From NCBI RefSeq assembly GCF_963921235.1, contig NC_086097.1, positions 191,892,001 through 191,956,000 of the forward strand: 64,000 nt of DNA, given 5' to 3'. The DNA comes from Mobula hypostoma. Lineage: Eukaryota. Each line of letters starts with the position of its first letter. Within the stretch, counting starts at the first letter, position 1. The position numbers and the translations under genes were made by a program. The notes below the pieces were generated by a model. It saw only the letters and a program-made list of their open reading frames with translations, ran no database searches and was not told the DNA's origin. Positions 25,581 through 39,480 of this stretch are shown here, one piece after another.

Positions 25581-26544
25581 ATTTGTAATTTGCAATGCCA
25601 CCACTGATTTAGCAATCAGCACTTTTCCCTAATGCCTAAATAACTCAGCTTACCTTCACACACACTAACTATGCTGCACAAATATCTGCATCATACAGTT
25701 TCAACACCTCATATTCTTTTAACCCCGTCACTAATCACATGAATATGTTTACCACACATCACATTTACTTCTGTTTTGCAAGACAGAAAATCTCATGACA
25801 GGAGGCAGAGTCCAACCAGTGGGTGGCAGAAATAACTGCATCAGCTGATTCTGTGAGGAGATGATCTCTTGGAAGTCATCATTATAGGGACCATAATTAC
25901 TTTCTTTTCTCTGATTCACTGTCCTATGTTCCATATTTTACTTCCCTGGAACTCCTTTGCTTCTCTCACCATCCTTTGATTTCCTCCTTTTTGCTCTAGT
26001 GGGAAAGAACTGTGGCATTGGTATACATGCAAGAAAAGAACAGTGTTGAAGGCACATAGTCATCAATAACTTCATCATCCTGCACATCATCATTTCTTCT
26101 ATTCCCATAAACCTCAAAGGTAACTCAGTTCCTTAATTCCCATCATTATCCTAAACTCTGGAATTCCCTGTCAAAATCTTTCCTACGGTTCCACTTCCCT
26201 TGTCTTTTGAAAAAGCTCCTGAAAACAAAGTTTTTATATTTTTGTTTGCTAATACATCTAAGAAAAGTCTAAAGTCCTTTTGATCAATTAAATTTGCCTA
26301 TAAATATTGGATGTAAAACCATGAGATGCTGTGGTAAGTTACTAAGGGCACAGCAAAGTCAATGTCAAAGATGAGTTTATTGTCATACATAGTGCAAAGA
26401 AAAAATTACATGCGGTAGTATCACAGGCAAACAGCATCAGATAGACAACACTCACAAGGAAAACTTAAATTAAAAATAAATTATATAATACAGAACATAA
26501 TTAGTGCAAAGTCCTTTATTGTGAAAAGTGGTCATGGTTTTACT

Positions 26545-26815
26545 ATAGGAGAAAATTTGCGAATGCTGGAAATCCCCAGCAACGCACATAAAATGCTTTT
26601 CCATAGATGCTGCCTGGCCTGCTGAGTTCCTCCAGCATTTTGTGCAGATTGGTTCAAGAGCCAAATGGATGAAGGAAAGAATGCAAACACGAGGAAATCT
26701 GCAGATGCTGGAAATTCAAGCAACACACACTAAATGCTGGTGGAACGCAGCAGCCCAGACAGCATCCATAGGAAGAAGCACAGTCGACGTTTCAGGCTGA
26801 GACCCTTCATCAGGA
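26545..26815 (-). mobile_element. PLE terminal-repeat fragments with hammerhead core (26782-26813), nested in a Rex1-like remnant (about 26360-26985)
   Basis: Minus strand CTGATGA-AGG GTCTCAG CCT-GAAACGTC-GACTG followed by the terminal-repeat sequence also seen at 10070-10162. Confidence 0.8.
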
Positions 26816-27189
26816 ACTGTTTTTGAACCTTATGTTGAGGGACTTCAGGCTTCTGAACCTCCTGCCCGATGGTAGCAGTGAGAAGAGAGCTTGGTCTGGA
26901 TGGAGGGAATTTCTAATGATTGATGTTGTCTTTTGAGGTAGCACCTCATGTAGATACTACAAATGGTGGGTACATTGAGTAACCATGAGACACATTGTAG
27001 TCCCCATTGGTTATGAGTTAGCTTTGTTAGAGCACCCAATGTATATTGTGGATTTATTTTCTTGTTTTCAGACAAGTCGAGCCACTTTCATTCTGTTCGA
27101 GATTGTCAATAACTTTAATTGTGGTTCCAACAATAAAGATTCACACCCTGCAAAATGGGGACTGTTTTCCACATTTATACTCTACATAT

Positions 27190-27447
27190 TTTATTTAGAG
27201 ATACAGTGCAGAGGAAACCCTTCCAATCCTTTGAACCGCACAGCTCAGCATTCCCCGATTTAACCCTAAGCTAATCACGGGACAGTTTACAAAGACCAAT
27301 TAACCTACTACCTTTGAACTGTGGGAAGAAACTGGAGAACCCAGAGAACACCAATGGATTCCATGGGGAGGATGTACAGACTTCTTACAGATGAACTCTG
27401 AACTCAGTGCCCCGAGCTGTGATAGCATCATGCTAGCCACTACGCAG
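27190..27447 (-). mobile_element. HE1/V-SINE-like tRNA-derived SINE
   Basis: Minus-strand head GCGTAGTGGCTAGC...GAGTTCAGAGTTC; V-domain-like CTCCAGTTTCTTCCCACAGTTCAAAG; CR1-like tail. Confidence 0.7.
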
Positions 27448-27459
27448 GTATCATCAGCT

Positions 27460-28055
27460 ATCTCTCAAAGCATGTAGGCATTCTGGATGAAACCTCCCTC
27501 TGCTTCCACATACCAGCACAGCATTTGGTCTACTGAGGAAAAGGTTATTTGAAGATCAAGGCTTAGCACCTGACACAAAACATATGGCATATCAAGCAGC
27601 AATGATCCTTGCTCTTCTACAGCATATGCCTCTAGTGCATATCCTAACACACCACCATTGTCTCTGCAAAATTCTCCAAGTTCACTGGAAGGATAAGCAA
27701 ACCATAATCCCTAGTATTCATTCCTGGTTATACACAGATCACAAAATTCATTTGCCCAATACCAGACTCCCACGACAGAGGAGCATTTTCCAGGAGGTCT
27801 CAAAACCTTTCTAAACATCTCCACTTATTCCTGGGAGTCTCCAAATAGAATAAAAACGTACAACATAACCTGGATATCCCTGAAGTCCTGAATCACAGCG
27901 ACTCCACATAAATGGTGGGAGAGGTGGACCATCCTCACAAGCCACACCCCAGCCCATCAGTGAACAAGTGGGCTGTTCTCACGTTGCTCACTATAGAACC
28001 CACAAAACCAGAGAGGAATTAACTTGTTTTCAATCACAGAGGCCTGCCTAAAAGA
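27460..28055 (+). mobile_element. Highly decayed RTE-like LINE fragment
   Basis: CLCKILQVHWKDK and LPNTRLPRQ resemble the RTE RT C-terminus. Confidence 0.5.
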
Positions 28056-28869
28056 AAAAAAAGAGTTCCTGTGCTTTTTATATGGCAGTTGTAATATAAT
28101 ATGTGACCTTTATTCTAATTCTCAACTCCTTTTGCTGAATTAGCTGGCATTTATTCACCACAGTGAAACCAACACATTGCTCTGTGTTAATTCTCAGAAT
28201 ATATTTATCCCATGACCTACTTATCAGCATGAAAGAAATTTTTCTTTAGTTACAGGAACTCCATCAATATTTATCTTCACAAATCTATTTTCATTAGAAG
28301 TTTATAGAAATTAGGATTGTTTTAAAGAATTATTGGAGCTGTAGAACACAGATTTAATAAGATACAGTAACCCCAGTACAATATCAGGGGTTGCTAAAAT
28401 GCAGTAAATTTAACAAATAAGAAGTGGAAAGCAACACTTTGAATCTCACCAGCGTTTCAGAGCAACAAATTGTAGACAGGAAAGAAACCAGTTTAAGATT
28501 GTGTTTGCTGTATCGTGACTAAATAGTCCAAATTCCAGTTTTTGATGGGCAATTTTTAAATGTAGTAATTTGACAATGTTGACATTTCATACTTAATTGA
28601 CCCTTGAACTACCATTGTATTTATGAAAAAAAAGAATAATTTGGCAAACCTTAAATTTATTTGCTATATACAGTACACCTCATTAAAAAGGCATAATCAA
28701 TAACAGGCTAACTTCTTTTCAATGGAAATATAAAAAGCAAGTAGTAAGGAAGGGAGAAAAGAAGTGTGGCTCAATGTTAGGGCGATGCACTAGCACCTTG
28801 CTTAAAGCTCTAGACGTTTCCCCTGTGCTGGAATATACACTCGGTAGCCACTTTATTCAGTACCTCCTT

Positions 28870-29535
28870 CATTAGGAACCTGCCCCTCCACCTATATTCA
28901 TATCATTTGCAAACTTTACAACAAAGCTACCAATTCCATCATCCAATTCATTGACATATAACGTAAATAGAATCAGTCCCAACACAGACTCCTGTGGAGC
29001 ACCACTAGTCACCAGCTGACAACCAGGAAAGGGTCCCTTCATTCCCACACTTTGCCTCCTGCCAATCAGCCACTGCTTTATTCATGCTAGAATCTTTCCT
29101 TTAATACCATGGGCTCATAGCTTGTGAAGCAACCTCATGTGTGGCACCTTGTCAAAAGCCTTCTGCAAATCCATGTACGCAACATCAACTGATTCTCCTT
29201 TATCTATTCTGCTTGTTATTTCTTCAAGGAATTCCAACAGATTTGTCAGGCAAGATTTTCCCTTGAGGAAATTATGCTGACTGTGGTCTATTTTATCATG
29301 CACTTCCAAGTACCTTGAGACCTCGTCCTTATTAATCAAATTCAACATCTTCCCAACCACTGAGGTCAGACTTATTCGGCTATAGTTTCCTCTCTTCTGT
29401 CTCTCTCCCTTCTTGGAGAGCAGAGTGACATTTTCAATTTCCCAGTCTTCCAGACCCATTCCAGAATCTTGTGATTGTTGAAAGATCATTACTAATAACT
29501 CCACAATCTTTCAGTTACCTCTTTCAGAACCATGG
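28870..29535 (-). mobile_element. CR1 RT fragment
   Basis: ORF 29115-29504: KGKSCLTNLLEF, YMDLQKAFDKVPH. Confidence 0.9.
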
Positions 29536-30011
29536 TATGTTATGGTACAACCATGATCCCAACAGTAGTGTACTACATGGCCATCTTCTTGCCTCAGATT
29601 GTCCAACAACAGCCCTTGCGGACAGTCTGTCCCAACTGAGCTGTGTGTATCACTCCTTCCCATAAGACAATAACAGAGGGCAAGGCATATTCCATAGCAG
29701 TGTGCAGCCCAAATAAATCTTCCAAGATCAAGAGTGCTGCCATAACTCAGTACTCTGCTGGGTCACGAAAAGCTGATTAACAGTGTATTCTGTATTTTTG
29801 GGCTGCCTGTTACATATTAATTATATCAGGATCTTGGCAGTGTACCAGCTGCCCACCTTTCTTGCTGCTTTATCCTATGTGATATGGATATATTGATTTT
29901 CTGATCACTGCATGACTGAAATTGACCCAAATGACAGTAGGATTTGTTGAACAGCTAAAAACCTCCACTATCCCACCGTTATGCAACGGATTCTGGATCC
30001 AAGAAACGAGT

Positions 30012-30180
30012 AATACACACAAAATGCTGGAGGAACTCAGCAGGTTAGCCAGCATCTTTGTGAAAGAATAAACAGTCAACATTTATTCCTTTCAGTAGAT
30101 GCTGCCTTGACCTGCTGAGTTCTTCCAGCAGTTTGTATATGTTATTCTGGATTTCCAACATCTGCAGAATCTGTTGTGTC
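30012..30180. repeat. PLE terminal-repeat fold-back (older, hammerhead core lost)
   Basis: acacacaaaatgctggaggaactcagcagg pairs with cctgctgagttcttccagcagtttgtatatgt. Confidence 0.7.
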
Positions 30181-30354
30181 CTAGACAGCCTGCAGGCTCA
30201 AGTCAAATATCCAAGTGCAGAACTTGTTTCATTGGGAATTTGGTTATACCACCTTCGAGGCTGTATGAAAGAGGTATCATTTCTTTCTCAAGATATTCTC
30301 TGAATATAAATTACATTAAGGTGAATCTGTATCACTTAGGAAGGAAAACTTCAG

Positions 30355-30590
30355 TGTTATGTTTTGTAACTCCAAAACTAATTGAAATAAAAACACAGGA
30401 GACCAGGAATAATGTGTGTACTTCTTAACTTTGTTTTTACTTTAATGAGACGTGCACATATGACATGTTGGCATAATGATGTATGCCATTTACATACTTT
30501 TACATAAACCTTAATGAATTATTTAAGCAACAAAGAATACTTAATCAAACAATATATTTGCAATATTACTGAAATGCTAAACAAACAACA
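30355..30590 (-). repeat. 3' LTR of the Gypsy element (236 bp)
   Basis: TGTT...AACA termini; adjacent CTCCT reads as a short purine tract on the minus strand. Confidence 0.6.
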
Positions 30591-31573
30591 CTCCTTAGCT
30601 TTAAACTCCAAATCAATATAGAATACTTCTCAACTTGTAAACTTTTATATTCTGTATAGAGTATACTATATAATACAACTACTATATAGACATCCAAAGC
30701 ACAGTAAATTTTAAATGTACCATTCAGGCTTAAATATTTAATTGGTGTGGAGGCTTTCTTATTCTTGTGGGATAATGTCTTTCCTGACAAGGGGGTCACT
30801 CTACTTGGCATGTGAGACTTGTGGCTGTGAAACAATCTCAAGTTCTGGGGCTTCCTCCGTGGTGGTTGTAGGAGTTGACTCTGGGACTGCAGGAAGTTGT
30901 TCTGACAGCTCTGGACACCTTTCGTCTCTAATAATTGTCTCTACTCTCCTCAACTAATCCATGTGTCATCTCCAGGTGACATCAGATGCAATCTACACTC
31001 TGTAGGAGAGTGGTCTAATTCTATCCTCAATCTTTCGAAGTAACCACTTCTGATCACCTTTGTAATCCCTTGCCAGAGCTGCTTATCCAGGAGTGAAACA
31101 TCAAAACACTCCTTGTTTGAGGAGCCCTCAATTTGTCTCAACTGCATACTCCTCTGAGATTGGGTTTCAGGAGATCCAAGCATAACACAAGAGATGACCC
31201 AGGAATACAAGAAATGACCCAGGAGAGGCACTGCTCTTGGCATCTTCTGGACATGTTGTCATCCCAAACAGTGCATGGGAAGCATCTCGATCTTCTGATC
31301 TATCCTAGGCCACCAGACAAAGCTTTGAGCTTATGTTATCAATGCCTAGATGACTGACACGTAGATCCTCCAACACTTTAACTCTCAGCTTGGATGGTGC
31401 AACTCTCAATCCCCACATGCAGCATATCTGTCAAGGCTAAGTTCATCCCAGCACTAGTGAAATAGGGGAACTGAAATTCCTGCTGCACATCAAAGACATT
31501 TTGGATAGCTATGTAGAGATGAGACTGTGTGGAGTCTTTTCTGGCTTCCTTTTGGATCATCTCTGATGTAATA

Positions 31574-34063
31574 GAAACCAGAGAAAACCATAGAAACTAC
31601 AGCACAGAAACAGGCCTTTTGGCCTTTCTTGGCTGTGCCGAACCATTTTCTGCCTAGTCCCACTGACCTACACATGGACCATATCCCTCCATACACCGCC
31701 CAGCCATGTATCTGTCCAATTTATTCTTAAATGTTAAAAAAGAACCCGCATTTACCACCTCATCTGGCAGCTCATTCCATACTCCCACCACTCTCTGTGT
31801 GAAGAACCCCCCCCAATGTTCCCTTTAAACTTTTCCCCCCTCACCCTTAACCCATGTCCTCTGGTTTTTTTCTCCCCTTGCCTCAGTGGAAAAAGCCTGC
31901 TTGCATTCACTCTATCTATACCCATCATAATTTTATATACCTCTATCAAGTCTCCCCTCATTCTTCTACGCTCCAGGGAATAAAGTCCTAACCTTTTCAA
32001 CCTTTCTCTGTAACTGAGTTTCTCAAGTCCTGGCAACATCCTTGTAAACCTTCTCTGCATTCTTTCAACCTTATTTATATCCTTCCTGTAATTTGGTGAC
32101 CAAAACTGAACACAATACTCCAGATCTGGCCTCACCAATGCCTTATACAACCTCATCATAACATTCCAGCTCTTATACTCAATACTTTGATTAATAAAGG
32201 CCAATGTACCAAAAGCTCTCTTTACGACCCTATCTACTTGTGACGACACTTTTAGGGAACTTTGTATCTGTATTCCCAGATCCCTCTGTTCTGCTGCACT
32301 CCTCAGTGCCTTACCATTAACCCTGTATGTTCTACCTTGGTTTGTCCTTCCAACGTGCAATACCTCACACTTGTCTGTATTAAACTCCATCTGCCATTTT
32401 TCAGCCCATTTTTCCAGCTGGTCCAAGTCCCTCTGCAGGCTCTGAAAACCTTCCTACACCTCCAATCTTTGTATCATCAGCAAATTTGCTGATCCAATAT
32501 ACCACATTATCATCCAGATCATTGATATAGATGACAAATAACAAAGGACCCAGCACTGATCCCTGTGGCACACCACTAGTCACAGGCCTCCACTCAGAGA
32601 AGCAATTCTCTACCACCACTCTTTGGCTTCTTCCATCGAGTCAATGTCTAATCCAATTTACCACTTCTCCATGTATACCTAGCGACTGAATTCTCCTAAC
32701 TAACCTCCCATGCAGGACCTTGTCAAAGGCCTTACTGAAATCCATGTAGACAATATCCACTGCCTTCCCTTCATCCACTTTCCTGGTAACCTCCTCGAAA
32801 AACTCCAATAGATTGGTCAAACATGACCTACCATGCACAAAGTCATGTTGACTCTCCCTAATAAGTCTCAGTCTATCCAAATGCTTGTAGATTCTGTCTC
32901 TTAGTACTCCCTCCAATAACTTACCCACTACCGACGTTAAACTCACCGGCCTATAATTTCTCAGATTACTTTTCGATCCTTTTTTAAACAATGGAACAAC
33001 ATGAGCCACTCTCCAATCCTCTGGCACCTCACCCGTAGACAGCGACATTTTAAATATTTCTGCCAGGGCCCCCGCAATTTCAACACTAGTCTCCTTCAAG
33101 GTCCGAGGGAACACTCTGTCAGGTCCTGGGGATTTATCCACTTCAATTTTCCTCAAGACAGCAAGCACCTCCTCCTTTTCAATCTGTACAGTTTCCATGA
33201 TCTCACTGCTTGATTCCCTCAATTCCATAGACTTCATGCCAATTTCCTTAGTAAATACAGACGCAAAAAACCCATTTAAGATCTCCCCCATTTCCTTTGG
33301 TTCTGCACATAGCCGACCACTCTGATCTTTAAGAGGACCAATTTTATCCCTTACAATCCTTTTGGTCTTAATATTCCTGTAAAAACTCTTTGGATTATCC
33401 TTCACGTTGACTGCCAAGGCAACCTCATGTCTTCTTTTAGCCCTCCTGATTACTTTCTTAAGTATTTTCTTGCACTTCTTATACTCCTCAAGCACCTGAT
33501 TTACTCCCTGTTTCCTATACATTTCATACAACTCCCTCTTCTTCTTTATCAGAGTTGCAATATCCCTTGAGAACCAAGGTTCCTTATTCCTATTCAATTT
33601 GCCTTTAATCCTGACAGGAACATACAAACTCTGCACTCTCAATATTTCCCCTTTGAAGGCTTCCCACCTACCAATCACATTTTTGCCAGAGAACAACCTA
33701 TCCCAATCCATGCTTTTTAGATCCTTTCTCATTTCTTCAAATTTGGCCTTCTTCCAGTTCAGAACCTCAACCCTAGGACCAGATCTATCCTTGTCCATGA
33801 TCAAATTGAAACTCATGGTGTTATGATCACTGGAACCAAAGTGCTCCCCTACACAGACTTCTGTCACTTGTCCTAACTCGTTTCCTAACAGGAGATCCAA
33901 TATTGCATCCCCTCCAGTTGGTCCCTCTATATATTGATTCAGAAAACTTTCCTGACCACATTTTACAAACTCTAAACCATCTAGACCCCTAACAGTTTGG
34001 GAGTCCCAATCAGTGTATGGAAAATTAAAATCCCCTACCACCACAACTTTATGTTTCCTGCAG
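31574..34063 (-). mobile_element. 5'-truncated CR1 LINE of a second subfamily, inserted in Gypsy pol
   Basis: ORF 32641-34044 (VGDFN, SDHN, YMDFSKAFDKV), 32401-32619 ([14 protein letters not shown]), 31752-32426; tail (GTTTCTATG)n. Confidence 0.96.
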
Positions 34064-35994
34064 ACTTTTAATTTATATTAGGGATAGACACCAAGAGTGT
34101 CCTCTTCTGCAAATTTTGCAGGTATATCATTTTCCAAGTGTAAGTGGGACAATCCATCAGTTTGCCTCTTGAATTTGATCTTGTAATTTTGTCCTCCAGG
34201 AAACAGAGCCCACCCCTGCATTCTTTCTGCTGCTGTGAGTGGAACACACTTCTGTGGATTGAAAATGGATACTAGTGATTGATGATCTCTCCCATACAAG
34301 CACTGGTTCAAATGCTTTACACCCCAAACCAGAATTGAGGCCTCTCTGTCAATCTGTGCATGATTTCTCTCTGCAGCAATAAGGGAACATGATGCAAAGT
34401 CCATGGAGCTTTCACATCCATCACTCAGAAGATTTGGCATGATTGCACCTATACCATAAGGAAAGGTGTCATTGGCAAGCTTCACTGGATGATGTGGATC
34501 ATAATGTGTGAATACAATGTTTGACTCACCATTTCCTTTGCCTTTTGGAAAACCACCTCCGCCATTTTGTCCATTGCCATTTTTTCCCATTCTGTAGTAA
34601 TGAGTTCGGGGATGGATCACAGTGGGCAGGTTTGGCAGGACCCTGTTATAGTAATTGATAAATCTTTAAAAGGACCACAACTGTGACCTGTCCTTTTGCC
34701 TTGGGGCATCCACCACTGCTTGAATGTTCTCAGCACACTTGAGTGTCAATGTAACGACCACAGCAAGTGATGCTTAGTTTAAAGAATTCATGCTTGTTGC
34801 ATCATGTTCCCAGCCCATAATCTTCTAATTTTTTAACAGTTCCTTGAGATTTTTGAGGTGCTCTTTATCACCCTTACCAGGAAAAATGATGTCATCCAGG
34901 TAACATTGAGAGCCTGAAGAGACTTGCAACACTTGGTCTATTGCTTTCTGCAGGTGTGCAAGTACAGATGCTACACTAAAAGTAAGCTATTATAGTGATA
35001 AAATCCTTTGTGAGTGTTTATGGTGGTGGTGAGAAACACTTTGGTCACTTCCTCCATCTCCATCTGGAGTAGGCCTCAGTTAATTCCACTTTGCTGAAGT
35101 ATTTTCCTCCAGAAAGGTTTGCGAAGATATCCTCTATCCTGGGCTGAGTGTATTGATCTACTTTCAGTACTGGATTGATGGTGAACTTGAATCACCACAT
35201 ATCCTGACAGACCCATTCTTCATGGCTACAGGGAATACTGACATTGCCCATGGGCTCTACTCAGCCTTGGAAAAAATTCCTTCAGCCCTCATGTGATCTA
35301 GCTCACTGGCTACGTTATCACAGATGGTATAAGAAACATGACAGGCTTTGTAAAACCTGGGTGTGGCATTTTCATCTAACATTATTTTACCCTTAGCCTG
35401 TGTGAATTTTTCAAAGCCATCCTTGAACATTGCTGTGGCATCATCCAGTACCCTTCTCAATTCACTTTCGGTTTTCTCTATTGCAGGGGATGTGGCATGC
35501 AAATAGTGGATGGATCTCCAATCAAATTGTTGCTGTCTCAGCCACTCATGGCCTGACAATGCTGGCCTCCTGTCTTTACCACATACAAGCCCAGTGTAGG
35601 TTGGTGGTTGTTGTATTTCACTGTTATGAATGTCATTCCTACAGGGGTTATATTTTCTCCAGTATAAGTTCATAGTTGGATATCTGCAGGCTTCAGTGCA
35701 GTATCTTTGAACCGCTGCGCAAACCCATTTTGCGGAAGGGCTGCAACAACTGAGTCAGTGTCCAATTTCATTTTAATTAATTTGCCGTTCTCTTCTGGTG
35801 TAAACCACATTGCTTGTCTGTTGTTAGTTTTCACACTTTATATCTCAAGGCTATTCAGTTCGCTGTCACTCTCTTCATTATCAGATCTTTTATCAACAGC
35901 ATGCATATTAGTGCTCTTTTTGTAACTGCAACGTAACTTTTTTTCTAAATGTGCAATGTTCGATTTATAGTAATTTGTAATAAATAGTATGTAT

Positions 35995-36530
35995 GACAGT
36001 CAGTATAGCATAAAAATACATTTATTTCAAAGTAAATTAATCAGTCTGATGGTCTGTTGGAAGAAGCTGTCCCAAAAGCTGTTGGTCCTGGCTGCGGTAC
36101 CGTTTCCCGGATGGTAGCAGCTGGATCAATTTGTGGTTGGGGTGACTCGGGTCCCCAATGATCCTTCGGGCCCTTTTTACGCACAGGTCTTTGTAAATGT
36201 CCTGAATAGTGAGAAGTTCACATCTACAGATATGTTGGTCTGTTTGCACCACTCTCTGTAGAGTCGTGCAATTGAGAGAAGTACAGTTCCTGTACCAGGC
36301 AGTGATGCAGCCAGTCAGGTTACTCTCAATTGTGCCTCTATAGAAAGTTCTTGGGGTTTGGGGACTCATGCCAAACATCTTTAACCGTCTGAGGTGAAAG
36401 ATGCGGTGTTGTACTTCCTTCACCACACAACTAGTATGTACAGACCACGTGAGATCCTCGGTGATGTGTATACCTCAGAACTTAAAGCTGTTCACCCCCT
36501 CAACCCCAGATCCATTGATGTTAATTGGGG
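35995..36530 (-). mobile_element. Rex1/Babar LINE 3' fragment
   Basis: ORF 36037-36426 FHLRRLKMF...FYRGTIESNLTGCITAWY...DPSHP...LLPSGKRYRS. Confidence 0.9.
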
Positions 36531-36885
36531 TCAATGTGGCAATAAACAAGAGACCCCCTGACCTCCTTCATCACAGGAAGGAAAAAAAGTTTGAGACCAG
36601 TTTACTTATTTTTCTACTTGGTCTAATAAAGGGCTTTTGACCTAAAACAGTAACACTTGTTTCTCTTTCCAGAGATGCCTCCTATCCTGCTGGGTGCTTC
36701 CAGCATTTCATCTCAGATTTGCAACAAATGCAGTTTTCCTCCCAAAAAGTGGCTGGATTACAAGTAACTTTATGAGAACTCAGTGTGCTATGATAACAAG
36801 AGCTCTGAACAGTGGCAGTGAGTGATAACTGTGTGGGACTTTTGAAAGTAATTGACAGAAATCCATTAGAAAATAACTTTAAGTT

Positions 36886-38195
36886 CATACCAAACAAGAC
36901 CAAGGTAACATGTCTGAACGACTGGCGTCCTGTCACACTCACCTCAATAATAAGCAAATGCTTTGAGAGGCTGGTCAAAGATTACATCTGCAGCATGCTA
37001 CCACCCAAACTGGACCCCCTACAATTCGCCTACTGACACAATCGGTCGACAGATGACACAATAGCCACAGCTCTACATACCGTCCTTACACATCCAGAGA
37101 AGAAGGATGCTTATGTGAGAACGCTATTCTTGGACTGCAGTTCAACATTCAACACCATAGTTCCATCCAGGCTCGACAAGAAGCTCAGAGACCTCGGCCT
37201 TGACCCTGCCTTGTGCAGCTGGATCCTGCACTTCCTGTCAGATTGCCAGCAGGGTTTAAGAATGGGCTCCCTCAGCTCCAACCCTCTGATTCGCAATACA
37301 GGAGCCCCTCAGGGCTGTGTACTGAGTCCCCTCCTTTACTCCCTGTATACCCATGACTGTATCACCACCCACTGCTCCAATCTGTTAATTAAGTTTGCTG
37401 ACGACACTACATTGATTGGCTTTATCTCAAACAATAATGAGGTAGCCTACAGGGAAGAAGTCATCTCTCTGACACAGTAATGTCAAGAAAACAACCTCTC
37501 CCTCAATGTCACAAAAACAAAGGAGCTGGTTGTGGACAACAGGAGGAATGATGACAGGCTAACCCCTATTGACATCAATGGATCTGGGGTTGAGAGGGTA
37601 AACAGCTTCAAGTTCCTCACCATCCACATCACCGAGGACCTGACGTGATCTGTACACACCAGCTGTGTGGTGAAAAAGGCAGAACAGCGCCTCTTTCACC
37701 ACAGACAGTTGAGAAGGTTTGATATGGGCCCCCAAATCCTGAGAACTTTCTACAGGGGCACAATTGAGAGCATCCTGATTGGCTGCATCACAGCCTAGTA
37801 TGGGAACTGTACCTCCCTTAATCACAGGACTCTGCAGAGAGTGGTGCGGACAGCCCAGCACATCTGTAGTTATGAACTTCCCATGATTCAGGACATTTAC
37901 AAGGACAGGTTGTATCATTAGGGACCCAAGTCATCCCAGCCACAATCTACTTCAGCTGCTACCATCCGGGAAGCAGTACTGCAGCATAAAAACCAGGACC
38001 AACAGGCTCCAGGACAGCTTCTTCCACCGGGCCATCAGATTGATGAACTCATGCTTGATGTACTCTATATTACATTAACTGTTCTATTTATTATAAATTA
38101 GTATTATTGCACATTGCATCTTTAGATAGAGATGTAATATAAAAACTTTTACTCCTCATGTATGTGAAGGATGTAAGAAATAAAGTGAATTCAAT
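36886..38195 (+). mobile_element. Rex1/Babar LINE, 5'-truncated
   Basis: [22 protein letters not shown]...[33 protein letters not shown]; tail AATAAAGTGAATTCAATT. Confidence 0.93.
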
Positions 38196-38212
38196 TGAGA
38201 TTCATTGAGTGA

Positions 38213-38540
38213 ATTCATTGAGAATGAGGGAGATTCAAACAAGAGGACATGAGTTGAGAGTTAAAGGGCAAGAGTTTAGGGGTAATATGAGGGGGAACTT
38301 CTTTACTCAGAGAGTGGTAGCTGTGTGGAATGAGCTTCCAGCAGAAGTGGTTGAGGCAGGTTTGATGTTGTCGTTTAAAGTCAAATTGGATAGATATATG
38401 GACAGGAAAGGAACGGAGAGTTATGGGCTGAGTGCAGGTCGGTGGGACTAGGTAAGAGTAAGAGTTCAGCACGCACTAGAAGGGCCGAGATGACCAGTTT
38501 CCGTGCTGTAATTGTTAGCTGGTTATATGGTTATATGGTT
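38213..38540 (+). mobile_element. CR1 3' end
   Basis: TRGHELRVKG...NFFTQRVVAVWNELP; tail (GGTTATAT)n. Confidence 0.9.
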
Positions 38541-38629
38541 AATTCAATTCAATCCGTAAATAGAATGTGAAAGAAAGTATAAGCATGCAGTAGTGACATG
38601 GAGAATGATTGGAAACCTGAGAAGGTCAA

Positions 38630-39480
38630 AGATTCAAAAGATTCAAAGTTCATTTATTATCAAAGTATGTATGCAGTATACAACCCTGTGACTCATCTCC
38701 CCATAGACAGCCATGAAACAAAGAAACACCATAGAACCAGTTCAAAGAAACCATCAAATACCCAATGAGCAAAACAAAACAAATTGTGCAAGTGGCAAAA
38801 AACAAGCAAAACACACAGAATATAAAACACCAAACCACAGGGTCCTTGAAACAGTCTAGGAATGTTCAGTTCAGTTCAGTTCAATTTAGCGCTGTATAGT
38901 TCATTGACTGCAGGCCACAAATCTAGTCCGCTGGATCAAAGATGCACAAAATAATAATAATAAAAGTAGTAACCAGAAACCAGAAACACATCATAACACG
39001 AATTGAAGAGTCCAATCCACAAACCACATTGATTAAACCTTGCTTAAGACCCAAGACTCCAGCACCATCTTCCAGCAGCAGTGAGTGAGAGGGGGAAAGA
39101 GAAACTGGTCAAATTCAGGTAGATGGCATCAACATCTGTTTGTGTTCTGTTTTTGTCTTCATTGCTTCTATGGGCTTTAATTGGCGAGATCATTGATAAA
39201 TGAAATTGATCATGGGCTCATGTCTTGTCTCCCGGTTTCTTGGCCTCCCAGCCACACATTCCGCTTCAAACTTTACCCAACTCCCTCGGAGACAGAAGTA
39301 CCAGATTGCTCACCAGTCAAAAACACACCATCCAAGTGTAAATCACAGGTTCCAATCACATGCTGCTTAGCAGTAGAATCATATTTGAAAGAAGTAAAAA
39401 AAGTAGTTTATATTGCAGCTGCAATATTCCTTTGTCGTTTATCTCCTCAGATCTCAGCTGCGCTTTCAGCTGCCATTACT
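38630..39480 (-). mobile_element. Non-coding retroposon with a Rex1-like tail
   Basis: GATTCAAAGTTCATTTATTATCAAAGTATG tail shared with 11420 and 48170; no ORF homology. Confidence 0.45.

Larger units (their letters stand above)
30355..35935 (-). mobile_element. Degenerate Gypsy element (3' LTR, integrase, RNase H, RT, protease), interrupted by a CR1
   Basis: RNase H-like HYDPHHPVKLANDTFPYGIGA...AQIDREA (34078-34620); protease-to-RT linker 35257-35673; colinear with 1-950. Confidence 0.88.
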
